Assembly: GCF_020745735.1 (NCBI RefSeq)
Contig: NC_083433.1
Location: 5,529,363-5,593,362 of the forward strand
Origin: Hemiscyllium ocellatum
Lineage: Eukaryota
DNA: 64,000 nt
Direction of reading: 5' to 3'
Positions 36,908 to 50,030 of this stretch are shown piece by piece. A program made the translations under genes and the position numbers. Below the pieces are notes generated by a model. It made no database searches. It saw nothing but the letters and a program-made list of their open reading frames with translations, and was not told the DNA's origin. Each line of letters starts with the position of its first letter. Within the stretch, counting starts at the first letter, position 1.

Positions 36908-37231
36908 CTTCCAAATAAATTTGTTGGATTATAACCTGGTGTTGTGTGCTTTTTAACTTTGTCCACCCCAGTCCACATCGGCACCTCCACATCATGATTA
37001 TTTCTGGGGGAGGGAGTGGATGTTTGTGGGTGTGGTGCCAATCACTGCTTTGTCCTGGATGGTGTCAAGCTTCTTGAGTGTTGTTAGAGCTGCCCCCATC
37101 CAGGCAAGTGGGGAGTATTCCCTCACACTCCTGACTTGTGCCTTGTAGATGGTGGACATACTTCTTTTTGGGTGCGGAAGGGGGTCAGGGTGTATTGTTG
37201 CAATCTTGTTGTGTAAGATTCAAGCTGAGAG

Positions 37232-37533
37232 GATTAGATTACTTACAGCGCGGAAACAGGCCCTTCGGCCCAACAAATCCACACCGACCTTCCGAAGAGC
37301 AACCCACCCAGACCCATTCCTCTACATTTACCCTTCACCTAACACAATTTCCCATGGCCAATTCACCTAACCCGCACATCTTTGGACTGTGGGAGGAAAC
37401 CGGAGCACCCGGAGGAAACCCATGCAGACACGGGGAGAACGTGCAAACTCCACACAGTCAGTCGCCTGAGGCGGGAATTGAACCCGGGTCTCTGGAGCGG
37501 TGAGGCAGCAGTGCTAACCACTGTGCCACCGTG
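37232..37533 (-). mobile_element. HE1/V-SINE (young, CpG-retaining)
   Basis: Intact A/B boxes, V domain and AATCT tail. Confidence 0.88.
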
Positions 37534-37616
37534 TGAGGAAATTGTTTGTACACAGAGAGTGATGGTTGGTGGGTGCCTGGAATTCACTGCCTAAGTGATT
37601 ATAAACTCTTTTAAAA

Positions 37617-38848
37617 AGAGGCCAGTACCCAGTCACCAAGTCACCCTTTATTTACATTTGGAGGGTACTTGATACTGAACCAGCTTCCTCAGAGCCAGCT
37701 CTCAGAGTGAACTGATTCTGCTGTTTATTTTTTTAACCTCCACACTACTGCTTAACTGCAGTAGTGCTTATTTTTCCCCAGCTCCCATGGTGTGTGTGTG
37801 CAGGTGTGAGACACAGTGAAAGGCACAAGGTGCACGAATCTTTATTCAGTTTCCACCACCAGGAAGAAAGGAAACATCCGAGTGCCCAGTGATAAGCAGT
37901 GCCCTTCAGATCAAAGGGCAATGCTGTGTGATCAAACAGTAAAGGGGAGGGCAGGGATTAAATCAAAATAGAGTTGGAGGGGAAATAATGCTCTTCACTC
38001 CCTGTGGCACCCACCTCTCCCTGAACAACTCCAGGGTACATTCATGCTAATTTTTTTCTCCTGTTTATTTTCTTTTTTTCTCTCTTTTTTCTTTTTTTTA
38101 TTAACCCCCACACTACCCCCTAACTGCGGTAGTGCTTATTTTTTCCCCAGCCCCCATGTTGTGTGTGTGCAGGTGTGAGACACAGTGAGAGACGCAAAGC
38201 GCACAAATCTTTATTCAATTTCCACCACCAGTAAAATAGGAAAACACCCGAGTGGCCAGTGACAAGCAGTGCCCTTCACATCAAAGAGCAACGCTGTGTG
38301 ATCAAAGCAGTGAAGGGGAGGGCAGGGACTAAATCAAAATAGAGTTGGAGGGGGAAATGATGCACTCCACTCCCTGCGGCGCCCACCTCTCCCTGAACAA
38401 CTCCAGGGTATACGCATGCTAATTTTTTTTTCCCACACTACCGCCTAACTGCGGTAGTGCTTATTATTTTTATCCCCAGCACCCATGGTGTGTGTGTGCA
38501 GCTGTGAGACACAGTGAGAGACAAGGTGTACAAATCTTTATTCAATTTCCACCACCAGAAAAAGTAGGAAAACACCCGAGTGGCCTGTGACGAGCAGTGC
38601 CCTTCACATCAAAAAGGGCAATGCTGTGTGAACAAACAATGATGGGGAGGGCAGGGACTAAATCAAAATAGAGTTGGAGGGGGAAATGATGCACTCCACT
38701 CCCTGCGGCGCCCACCTCTCCCTGAACAACTCCAGGGTACTCGCATGCTAATATCTGTCAGCCAGGGCTCCCTGATTGGTCCAGATCAACAGCCCCAAAC
38801 AGTGAATTCTATGAGGTCTACTTGCCTGACCTCGTTACAATCACTACA
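37617..38848 (-). mobile_element. Solo LTR interrupted by the Tx1-like trimer
   Basis: Starts TGTAGTG at 38848; CCAAT; TATAAA re-forms when the insert is removed (GACAGATA|TAAACAG); downstream AATAAA near 37650. The 3' CA end and a target-site duplication were not found. Confidence 0.55.
37724..38751 (-). mobile_element. Three head-to-tail ~330-bp 3' ends of a Tx1/L1-clade non-LTR retrotransposon
   Basis: Copies at 38423-38751, 38051-38422 and 37724-38050. Each starts TTAGCATG, carries the ORF end TLELFRERWAPQGVECIISPSNSILI* (degraded in the 37724 copy), then AATAAA, a terminal hairpin and poly(A). Clade assignment is by recall. Confidence 0.7.
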
Positions 38849-39089
38849 GTACCTGCTCTTGTATTTTTATACTGAGTCCAGTTTTGTGTCAATGGTTAGC
38901 CCCCTCCATTGTGTTGATGGGGATGACAGAGGTAGAATGGGGAATCAGAGGCAGAATTACAAAGTAAGGAATGGAAGAGGGGAACAACACTGATGCAACA
39001 GGGAATATAGGAATCGGACAAGAATGGAGTGATGGAAGAATACAAAAGTGAATGAAAGAGGAGATAGGAGGGAAATAGCAACAAATCAA

Positions 39090-39387
39090 CAGCACAGTGG
39101 TTAGCACTGCTGCCTCACAGCACCAGGGTCCCAATTTCAGCCTCGGGCGACTGTTTGTGTGGAGTTTGTACATTCTCCCCGTGTCTGCGTGGGTTTCCTC
39201 CGGGTGCTCCGGTTTCCTCCCACAGTCCAAAGATGTGCAAGTTGGGTGAATTGTCCATGATAAATTGCCCGTAGTGTTAGGTGTATTAGTCAGAGGGAGA
39301 TGGGTCTGAGTGAGTTGCTCTTCAGAGGGTTGGCATGGACTGGTTGGGCCAAAGGGCCTGTTTCCACACTGTAGGGAATCTAATCTA
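39090..39387 (+). mobile_element. HE1/V-SINE
   Basis: tRNA head, V domain and AATCT tail. Confidence 0.85.
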
Positions 39388-40158
39388 AAGAATAAGGGAG
39401 AAGGAATGGAGTAGGTGGGGAAAACCGAAAAGAGGAGAGAGAAAAGGAAAAGGGGGTGGAGATGTGGGAATGGAGGTGGCATAGAAACAGGAAGTAGCAA
39501 ATCAAAGTATGACGATTTTATGTTGAAACTAGAACTAGGGGCATAACTTCAAAGTAAGTGGAAGCAGATTTGGGACTGAGTTGAGGAGGAACTTCATCTC
39601 CCTGTGGGTTGTAAATCTGTGGAATTCCCTGCCCACTCAAGCAGTTGAGGCAGCCTTGTTGAACGTTTCTAAGAAAGATAGATTATTGAACAGTTAAGGA
39701 AGTAAGAGATAGAGTGAGCAAGCGGGTAAGTGGAGCTGAATCCACAAAAAAAGATCAGCCATGATGATCTTATTGACTGGGGGGGCAGGCTTGGCAGGCT
39801 AAATGGTCTACTCCCGCTCCCAGTTCTTATGTCCCAACAAAGCAGGAAGTCTGAGCTTGGGGTAACCAATCAGACATGAGGACTGGGACACCCTGCTAAA
39901 TTGAAAGAGTGAGTGAAACACACAAAAGAGAACAAACAAAAAAATAGAACATTTAAACGGAAATATGGCTGCTAGTTGCAGTTTACTGTAAATTCTACTT
40001 GTTTACATTGTGTGGGATGTTGACACAACTAAGTGGAATAATTTGGATTAAATATGTGATTATTTTTAGAGGATGATTAATTATGAATGACATGGGCAGC
40101 AGACGATAAAGAAACAAAAACAGAAGTTGCTGGGAAACCCCAGCAGGTCTGGCAGCAT

Positions 40159-40537
40159 CTTATAGAGGTTTACAAAACTATCAGGGGCATGGATAGGGTA
40201 AATAGGCCAAGTCTTATCCCTGGGGTCAGGGAGTCCAGAACTAGAGGGCATAGGTTTAGGGTGAGAGGGGAAAGGTATAAAAGAGACCTACATGGCAACT
40301 TTTTCACACAGAGGGTGGTACATGTATGGAATGAGCTGCCAGAGGAAGTGGTGGAGGCTGGTACAATTGCAACATTTAAGAGGCATTTGGATGGGTATAT
40401 GAATAGGAAGGGTTTAGAGGGATATGGACCGGGTGCTGGCAGGTGGGACTAGATTGGGTTGGGGTATCTGGTTGACATGGACAGGTTGGACCTAAGGGTC
40501 TGTTCCCATGCTGTACATCTCCATGACTCTATGACTC
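40159..40537 (+). mobile_element. CR1/HER1 LINE 3' fragment
   Basis: LIEVYK..RGMDRV...RTRGHRFRVRGERYKRDL.GNFFTQRVVHVWNELP...FKRHLDGYM. Confidence 0.9.
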
Positions 40538-42634
40538 AAAGTGAAGATACCAGTGTTGGACTGAGATGGACAAAGTCAGAAGTCCTGATGAAGGAGCAGA
40601 GTTTCAAAAGCTTGTAATTTCGAATAAATTTGTCAGACTGTAACCTAGTGTCGTGTGACCTCTGAGTCTGTAGCGGAGCTAATGTTTTGGATTCAGTGAC
40701 CCTTCTTCGGAACTGTAGTTTTTCCAGCAATTTCTGTTTTTGTTTCTGATTTCCAGCATCCGCAGTTCTTTTGAGTTTTGTTTTGTTTTGTTTTCAGGAT
40801 AAAAGCAGCTCAGGGAGGAAGCTGAAAGTTAATGTTTGAAGCTCGGAGCTATAAAATCAGTTTTATTGAGTTTCACATCACCTCTTATCCTGTGTTCAAT
40901 TTCATACAAAATTTATCTTTGATCCCACAATATTTTAGCCTTGCTCAACCTTATGATTGAAGAGATTTACCTTTAATAAAACTTAAACTTTTATTTCTCC
41001 CTGTCTTTATGAACTTTCTATGTACTTTTTAAATATCAATTTGGACTTTTTTTGCTGCTGAAGTTGTAGCTGGATTTGATGTTCTGAACTTCTCCCTCTC
41101 GCCACTTTTTGTTCACTCTTCCAAACTTTTGGCCTTATTTTCCCCCCCCCCCCCCCGCCCCTTTGTAACCATGTGAGCCCAGTCTCCCTCCCACATCCGC
41201 TTGCTTTGCAAATCAGGAGTCAAAACATCGGACCCTCGACCCATCCTGGTGTCAGTCCTGAAAATAAATGTTGGGATCTGAGTCTGGATCCACACAACAG
41301 CCTCGGGAAGATCCGTTCAGAATCGCCAAGTCTGGAGCACACAAGTAAGCCAGCAAATTTGTTTTTAAACATAGCATTGCACACATTTAAGATAATCTTT
41401 CCCAGATTTGGGGGGAGTTGAGTGATGGGGTTCTGTATCAGGGAGGTAGTGGGTGTACAGACAGGATTAATAAAGGGGTGGAGGCGGTATTTAATCTGTA
41501 AACTCTGCCCTAGTTCAAAGCCTGTTGCTGGGTTTGGTTGTTGGGGGGTGATCTCTCAAAGAAGTTTAAGGCTAACTTGACTGTTTCAGTAAATTGTACA
41601 GGCGGGCAGGGACTGTGTCGGATTTCTGCCTTTCATTTTTATTTCGCGTTAGAGAGAGGGAGAGGCTGTTTTGTTCAGTCCCACAGCCCAGGGCTGTGAT
41701 GATTTAACAAACACAAGATTATTTCCCCAGCCTCATCTTCCTGCAAGGAACTTTTCAATCAGATTCAGGGGTTCGGTAGGGAGAGGGGCAGCGAGGAATT
41801 CCAGGGGGGAGATTCTAAAATGACTAAAATAGAATCCATCCACTAACATTCCCATTGCGGAAGACCACGTCTGTTTTGGTGGAGTTGTTTTTCAGAAAAC
41901 TTCACATCGCCGCTCAGCCTCGGAGGGAAACTTGTCCCTTTCACCTACAATGTAGGAGACCCGGGCAGGCAGATTGAGCACAGCAAGATCCCATTGGCAG
42001 CAATGCCATCAGTCACATGCTACCAGATTGTTTATGTGTGATGGGGATTGGAGGATGACTCTTTGTGAAGATGTATCCCTTCCAAATGACCATAGGCTTA
42101 TTTTAGTTTTACAGCTACCTGAACGACTCCTGTAGCTACTGATGATGCAGGAGAGGGATGAGGGGCTTTAGTTGTGGGGAAAGAGAGGGGAGGAGATTGT
42201 GCCTCTTGGAGTTGGTTAAAGAGTAACTGTTGAATGCCTACAGTGTAGAAACATTTGGCCCCACTCTGACCCTCCGAACAATCTCCCACCCAGACCCATT
42301 CCCCATCCCTATTTCCATGACTAGCTACTAAGTCTTACACATCCCTGAACACTATGGGGCAATTTAGCATGGCCAAGTCATCAAACCTGCACATCTTTGG
42401 ATTGCGGGAAGTGACATTGGAGGAGGTCATCATACACAAGAATTCTCCTCCTAGAATAAGGAGGTTATTTTTTAACTGTATAAAATTTTGGTTATTCCAC
42501 AGCTGCAACACGATGTGCAGTTCTGGAGTCCACAAGGGACGTGTTAACACTGGAGAGGGTGCAGAGGAGATTTGCCAGGATGTTGCCTGGGCTGGAGAGT
42601 TTGTGATGATGAGAGACTGGAGATTTGTTGGAAT

Positions 42635-42947
42635 CATAGAATCCCAACAGAGCAGAAGCAGTCTATTCAGTCTGCATCGACCCACCAAAGAGCATCTCAC
42701 CCAGACTCACCCCTATCCCTGTAAACCTTCATTTCCCAAAGCCAGTCCACCTAATTGCACATCCTTGGGCAATTTAGCCTGGGCAATCCACCCTGACCTG
42801 TACATCTTTGGACAGTGGGAGGAAACCGGAGCACCCGGAGGAAACCCATGAAGATGTGGGAGAAGGTGCAAACTGCACACAGAAGTCGCCTGAGGGTGGT
42901 ATCGAACCCAAGTTCCTGGCACTGTGAGGCAACAGTGCTAACCACTC
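42635..42947 (-). mobile_element. HE1/V-SINE inserted in a CR1 fragment (42460-43350)
   Basis: SINE motifs; CR1 ORF2-end sequence continues on both sides. Confidence 0.8.
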
Positions 42948-43394
42948 AGGAGGCAGAGGAAGCTGAGAAGGAGACATGACTGCGATGTGTAAAATGAGGG
43001 GTGTGAATACAGTAGACAGGAAGGAACTATTCCCCTTGGTGGAGGGATCAATAACCAATGGGCATAGATTTAAAGGACGGGGCAGGAGGGTTAGAGGGGA
43101 TGTGAGGAAAACATTTTTTCACCCAGACGGTGGTGGGTATCTGAACTCACTGCTTGTAAGCATGGGAGAGGCAGAAACCCTCAACATTGAAGAAATATTT
43201 AGATGTGCACTTGCGATAACCAGGCATACAAGATAATGGGCCAAGTGCTGGATAATGGGATTGGAATAGTTAGGTGGTGGTTTTTGACCAGTACAGATGA
43301 GATGGGCCAGAGGGTCTTTTTCTGTGTTGTAGACATCACTCTATAACCTCTTTTGTCCTGTGTCATAAGTCTATAAGGTCACAAAGGCAGCGAT

Positions 43395-43580
43395 GTTTGA
43401 GAAGATTTGTAGCTCAGGTAAGTATGTAAGCTAGCTCGCTGAGCTGGAAGATTTATTTTACCATAACTAGGTAACATAATCAGTGAGAGTACTGGTGAGA
43501 GTACTCTCACTGATAGTGTTACCTAGTCATGGTGACGAAATGTCTGAAAACTAACCTTCCAGCTCAGCGAGCTAACTACA
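43395..43580. mobile_element. Penelope-type palindromic pLTR remnant
   Basis: AGCTCGCTGAGCTGGAAG...CTTCCAGCTCAGCGAGCT inverted arms enclosing CTGATAG...GGTGACGAAATGTC. Confidence 0.6.
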
Positions 43581-43914
43581 GGGCTGGGAGAGCCTTCATA
43601 GTTTTTATTTATTAACCAATTTGCACTTTCTAAAAAAGTTGTATTATTGTAGTTGTGTTAGTTGCAAGTTTGTTATTTGTTTGAATTGCAGACGTAGACA
43701 CATGAATGGAATGGGAACTAGATTGGGTTGGGGTATCTGGTCAGCATGGATCAGTTGGTCCAAAGGGTGTGTCTCCATGCTGTACATCTATATGATTATA
43801 GCGGAGAGGGTGCACAGGGGGATAGAAACCAGGAATAGACAATAGTATTGGGTCTAAATAAGGAATAGGAACTAGTGCAGGCTTGGTGGGCTGTTCCCGT
43901 GTTGTATTATATTG

Positions 43915-44330
43915 GATATATGAAAAGAACATCCATGAACACCAACTAGCCACTAAATGCCATGACCAGCTGTCCCTACTGGCCACACACACAGATGACA
44001 AGGACCACAAATTTGACTGGGGCAACGCAATGATCATAGGACGGAGGACAGCCAGACAACTTCTAGAAGCATGGAATTCATCCATGGATATCATCAACAA
44101 ACATATAGGCCTTGCCCCGATATACCAGCCATTACAACGAACAACCAGAAACACAGGAACCAAGCCAAATAAATTCTAGAAGCCACAGTATAGCAGCGCT
44201 TCACAGGAGGATCCAGAGCCCTGAAGGTGTCACTGAGACAGGGGATGAAACATCCGCAAATCAACCTCCCAGCTCGGCGAATATACCCATAACCACAACA
44301 ACGGGACAATCTTTCCACAAACCTTGAAAA
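43915..44330 (+). mobile_element. Penelope-like element 3' fragment (GIY-YIG endonuclease C-terminus plus pLTR with a decayed hammerhead)
   Basis: IHEHQLATK.HDQLSLLATHTD..DHKFDWGN..I....ARQLLEAWNS...INKHI.L.PIYQPL, followed by CTGAAGG...GAAACATC at 44221. Confidence 0.8.
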
Positions 44331-45129
44331 GAGACAGGATTGGGGTTTACAAGAATGCAAGGGATCTCATAGAAATGTAGATAAAAATTCTAACAGGTCT
44401 AGACAGGGTAAAAACAGGAAGGGTGTTCCTGATGACCAGGGAGTCTAAAATTAAGGGGTCATAGTCTTAAGTCAATAGGTGTGAGGCTGGAAAAACACAG
44501 CAGGTCACACAGTATCCAAGGAGCAGGGAAGTCAACATTCCTGACAAAGGGTTTCAGCCCAAAACATTAACTCTCCTACTCCTCGGATGCTGTCTGACCT
44601 GCTGTGCTTTTCCAGCCTTATATGTATTGACTCTGGTTTCCAGTATCTCCAGTCCCTACAGTCTCCAGGTCACAGTCTAAGGATACAGGGTAGACCAGTG
44701 GGACTGAGGTGAGGAGAAATTTCTTCACCTAGAGAACGGAGAGCCTGCAGAATTCTCTGCCACAGAACGCAGCCAAAGTGTTGAATGTTTTCAAGAAGGA
44801 GTTAGATATAGCTCTTAGGGCTAAAGGGATCAAAGGAGAACGGAGGAGATGGGTGCGGAAAAAGCAGGAATAGGGATGATCAGCTTTGGTCCTATAGAAT
44901 GGTGGGGCGGGCTGAATGGCCTCTTCCTGCTGTTGTTTTCTATGTTTGTCCTTCAATCTGGTCCCAATTTCAGAAGGTGCTATCCAAAGGAGCTTTGGCG
45001 AATTGCTGCAGTGCATCCTATAGATGGTACACACTGCTGCGACTGAGCGTCGGTGGCGGAGGGAGTGGATGTGGTGCCAGTCAGGCAGGCTGCTTTGTCC
45101 TGGATCATGCCGAACTGGGAGTCGGAGTT

Positions 45130-45560
45130 ATAGTCATAGAAATGTACGCCATGGAAACAGACCATTCAGTCCAATTCATTCATGAAGATCAGATATCCTA
45201 AACTAATCTAGTCCCATTTGCCAGCATTTGACCCATATCCCTCCAAACCCTTCCTATTTTATATACCCATCCAGATGCCTTTTAAATGTTACAATTGTAC
45301 CAGCCTCTACCACTTCCTCTGGCAGCTCTTTCCATACATGTTGTGAAAATGTTGCCCCTTAGGTCCCTTTTACATCTTTCCCCTTTCACCCTAAATTTAT
45401 GCCTCTAGTTTTGGACTCCCCCATCCCAGGGAAAATACCTTGTCTATTTACCCTATCCATGCCCCTCATGATTTTATAAACCTCTATAAGGTCACCCCTC
45501 AGCTTCAGATGCTCCAGGGAAAACAGCCCCAGCCTGTTCAGCCTCTCCCTATAGCTCAGC
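45130..45560 (-). mobile_element. CR1/HER1 LINE 3' fragment
   Basis: LSYRERLNRLGLFSLE..LRGDLIEVYKIMRG. Confidence 0.9.
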
Positions 45561-46659
45561 TGTTGAAGGGCCAAATGGCCTACCCTGTTCCCATTTCCCA
45601 CATTACATTTTTGTCACTCCTTACACGTGTGCCTGCTCCTGGGTATCAGCACCTGTACCCTAAAAATAATGCTGAGGGGTCTGGATGGGGAGAGTTTGTC
45701 ATCATTTCAAAATAAGTGGTTGTCCATTTGATAAAGAGATTTAAATATTCTTCTCTCAGAAGATCATGTGTCTTTAGAATACTTCCTCACAGTGGTGGGG
45801 AAGCTGTGTTTTTGAGTATTTTTGACGCCGAGGTAGATTAAGTGGGTGAAAGTATATCAGGGATAAGTGTGAATGAGCCATGATCTTAATGGACAGCATA
45901 GCTTGAGGGGCAGAATGGTCTACTTCTACTCCCAATGATCACACGGCAGGGTATGGACTGCACTGAATGACTAAGGTGTTCCCTTTAATAGTGCGAAGGT
46001 CAATTGCACTCTTTTCTCACCCCTGGACTTCGTCTTGGGGAGTAAATATTGGAGAATATCCAAGGAGACTGTACTCCAAAAATAGCCAGTGCCTTCGGAA
46101 TGGATGTAGCAGCGGAAAAGGAGGGAGTAACCTGCGAATTCCCTTTTGGCACAGGACACTCTTACACAGTTGGGACGTGAATAAACAGATGAAGTGGGAC
46201 AGGCAGTAAAATAAAAGGCAGACCGCGCATTGCAGCTCCATAAGATGTGTCATGTCCAGCTCTCTCCTTTTCTCTCTCCATGCGATGCAGAGGGATGCTG
46301 GACCAGGGGTCACGAGGCAACAATGCGGGCTTGGCTGTTCTGCCACAGAAGGCTTCACTGGGGGATGGTGGTGGAAAAATCCACCTTTTATTGGCACTTG
46401 TTCGAGGAGAGGTCACTGGGTCCTCCATTAAGCTTTGTACTCTCCTCAGACTCTGGCTGCTTTAACTGGAACAGCACAGCCACAGCTCTGATTGGAACCT
46501 CCTGGTTTCGATGAACTGTCACAGCGATGGTGTGCATTTGTGTAGCACCTACCATGTAATTGAACATTCCAAGACAATATAACGGGGGTGGGGTGGGGGG
46601 GTATAGATAGAGTGAATGGTAAATGTCTTTTTGTTTAGAATGGGGGGGGGGGGGAGATT

Positions 46660-46943
46660 GGATTTCAAGAATAGGGGGCACATTTTTAAAGTAAGGAGAG
46701 AGATTTTAAAAAGATGAGGGACAATTTGTTTTTACACAGAGGTTGGGTCGCCTGTGGAATGGGCTTCCTGGGGAAGTGGTGGATGCAGATACAGTTACAA
46801 CATTTAAAAGACATTTGGATAAGTACCTGAATAGGAAAGGTTTAGAGGGATATGGGCCAAGTGGGACTAGTTTAGTCGGGGATTATGTTCACATGGACTG
46901 GTTGGACCCAAGGGGCTGTTTCTGAGCAGTGAGACTCTGTGAC
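46660..46943 (+). mobile_element. CR1 LINE 3' fragment
   Basis: WNGLPGEVV.A.T.TTFKRHLDKYL. Confidence 0.85.
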
Positions 46944-47847
46944 TTCCGACAACAGTTGCCAAAGAAGGTTTGACGCTGAGTCACAGAAGGAAATATTGGG
47001 ATAGAGGACCAAAAGCTTGGCCAAGGAAGATGAGGGGGAGTGGGAGGGTGGGTAAGATGTGTGTAGAGAGCCGTGGGTGAGAGAATTCTATAGTGCCATG
47101 CACCCAGCGTCGCAATTATCGATTACGCTGCTAATAATTGTACCATCTCCTTTGAATGTCTGCCCACTAGTTATTTTACTGCAACTGGAAATACCTCTTC
47201 TGCTGACAAGAGGGTGGGTCTGGGTGGGTTGCTCTTCGGATGGTCAGTGTGGACGTGATGGGCCAAATGGCCTGCTTCAACTCTGTAGGGATTCTATGAT
47301 TGCTGATTCCTCTGCCGATGTTCGAATGGGTCAGAGTGTTGGGAGTTCTGTGTTTAGCCAGAAAAATAACACTCCCACTGATAGTGAAGCCCATTGCAAT
47401 GGGTTAGGAGGAAACTCTCCTTTCTCTACAGAATCATTAAAAAGTTTGCTTTCTTTGCTAATGAGAGATTTCCCCAGGCATGGCGCGTTTATTGTACTGA
47501 TCCACAAAAGTTAGCATCTCAGGGAGCACAATGGAATTAATGTACATTTCAGCACATAGTCAGTAAGGGGTATTATTTCAGGGACAGTTTCAGTTTCCCT
47601 CACAGGATGTGGACATCACTGGCCACGCCAGCATTTATTGCCCATCCCTAATTGCCCAGAGGGTAGTTAAGAATAAACCGTATTGCTCTGGAGTCGGTCC
47701 ACACCAGGTAAGAATGGTAGTTTCCTATTTGGAAGAGCATTACTGAACCAGATGGGTTTTTCCAACAATTGACAAAGGATTCCTGATCATCATCAGACTC
47801 TTAATCCCAGATTTTTATTGAATTCAAATTCCACCATCTTCCATTTG

Positions 47848-48670
47848 AGAATGGAGGGGCTCGGGGGAGGAAGGGAGAGGCTTGGGAGGGTGGGGGGATT
47901 GGAGGGGCTAAGGGGGTGGTATTGGTGGGGAGCTAGGGGTGGAATGGAAGAGCAAAGAGGATGGGAATGGTGGGGAGCTGGGGGGGTTAATGCAGGCCTA
48001 AGGGGGTGGGAAGGTAGTGCTGGGGGTGGAATGGTGGGGAGCTAGGGGTAATGGAGGGCCTTAGTGGGGAGGGGGGGAATGGAAGAGCTAAGGGGGTGGG
48101 AATGGTGGGGCTCAAGGCGGAGGGAATGGAGGGGGTCAGGGGGGAATGGTGGAGCGGTGGAAGGGAATGGTGAGAACAGAGGGGCTCGGGGGGGGAGCAT
48201 GGTGGGGAACAAGGGAGGGGATATGGAGGGGCTTGTGGGGGGGAATGGAAGGACGCGGGGCTGGGGATAAATGGGTCTCGGGGGGGGCGGTGGAGGGAAT
48301 ACAGCGGCACGAGGTGGGGTGGGGGGAATGATGAGTGTTGGGGGGGATGTGGGGAGGGGAGTGGGGGAAATGGAGGGCCAATGGGGGGGAGGGGAGCGAA
48401 TGGAAGTGCTTGTGGTGTGGTGGGGGGACCGGAATGAAGGGGCTCAGGGGCGATAGGGAAATGGAGGGGCTCGGGGTGGGAAAAAGGGGTTTTGGTGATG
48501 AGGTCAGGGACTGTTGGGCGTGGAGGAGGGGGCTGGAGTGGGTGAAAGGTTTGGAAGTGAATGAAGGGTTTGGGGTGGAGGATGGGGTCAGGGATATTTG
48601 GACAAAGGGAGTGAGGGGCTGTATAGGGCAGGGGAGGGGGTGTGGCTGGTGTTGAAGGAAGGTCCAGAGA
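47848..48670 (+). repeat. G-rich low-complexity tract (GGAATGGNGGGG-like)
   Basis: Dense G-runs on the + strand. Confidence 0.85.
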
Positions 48671-48914
48671 TGAGGTAAAAGACACCTGAGATTCTCGGGG
48701 AGATGTGAGCTGGGATAATTGCTCATGTGTTTCTGTCTGATCGGTGCTGGGCTGTAGTGTGCACACACTCAGACAGGAACAGATCTGTTATTAATCAGGG
48801 CCATATGTCTGGCTGAAACCAATATGAGAATCATTAAAAACTAGCACTGGGCATGCTCCCTTATTCTGTACGAGCTCTGTGCGGAGATGTTGGTATGTGA
48901 CCCCCAGCACAGGA

Positions 48915-49348
48915 CGCACTCGCACACTCACACTCGCACAGCCACCCTCCAGCACACACACCGCGCTCTCTGGCTCTCTCTCGCACATTCTCTCACACTC
49001 TCACACACTCGCATTCTCACACACTCTCTCTCTCACACACACTCTCTCACACACACCACTCTCTCACACACACCCCTCTCTCACACCCCCCCTCTCTCAC
49101 ACCCCCCCTCTCTCACACCCCCCCTCTCTCACACCCCCCTCTCTCACACACACCCTCTCTCACACCCCCCCTCTCTCACACCCCCCTCTCTCACACCCCC
49201 CCTCTCACCCCCCCCTCTCTCACCCCCCCCTCTCACCCCCCCCTCTCACACCCCCCCTCTCTCACACCCCCCCTCTCTCACACCCCCTCTCTCTCACACC
49301 CCCTCTCTCTCACACCCCCTCTCTCTCACACCCCCTCTCTCTCACACC

Positions 49349-49383
<35 letters not shown>

Positions 49384-49450
49384 ACACTCTCTCTCTCACA
49401 CATACACACACTCTCACACACGCAGACTCTCCCACACTCTCACACACACC
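48915..49450 (+). repeat. CT/CA/C-run compound microsatellite
   Basis: CTCTCTCACACCCCCC-type units. Confidence 0.9.
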
Positions 49451-49839
49451 ATATTCACTGCTGATTTGTGAAAACCAGTTTGTCTGAAGTGTAATTGTGG
49501 TAAGAAACGTATCAGGCAATTTGTTCACAACAAGATTCCACAATTTTGCTTCTTATTCTTTCATGGAACATGAGCATCACTGGCACAATTGGCATTTGTT
49601 GCCCTGCCCTAAATTCCCATGGAGCAGAGTGCCTCACTGGGTTATGATGCCCACAGCAATTTTCAAACCCTCGAAGTTTTAACAGGTTTCACGGCCTTTC
49701 GATTGAACAGTTTCTGATGAGTGGCCCCTGTTGTAATATAAGGATATGGCAGCTCAGCTGTGCATAGCCAGACTGCTCAGCTTCCCTGTTGGTTGGTGTA
49801 TAAGTATTATCCAGAGCAAAGACAGCTCCTGCTCCTCTA

Positions 49840-50030
49840 CAAAAACAGCAACCACGGGATCCTATAAATTCCCCTTGAGAGAGCAGGCACAGCGTCAGTT
49901 TAACATTTCAACTGAATCAGCACTTCTGGCACTGCAGCACTCCTTCAGTGAGATATTGAGAGGTTCTCTGGAGTGGAGGGCTTGAAACAACCAAGTTTCT
50001 GACTCGAAAGATGAGGGAGCAACAGACCGA
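49840..50030 (-). mobile_element. Ancient DeuSINE/SacSINE1-like remnant
   Basis: GAGTCAGAA..TTCAAGCCC.CCACTCCAGAG...ACTGAAGGAGTGCTGCAGTG; a similar relic lies at 53610-53740. Family named by recall only. Confidence 0.45.

Noticed and set aside
40798-40980. Terminal exon (TTTTCAG acceptor, AATAAA at 40975)
   Set aside because: The pyrimidine tract is the end of an inserted repeat flanked by a GATAAA duplication (40105 and 40798); more likely transposon-derived.
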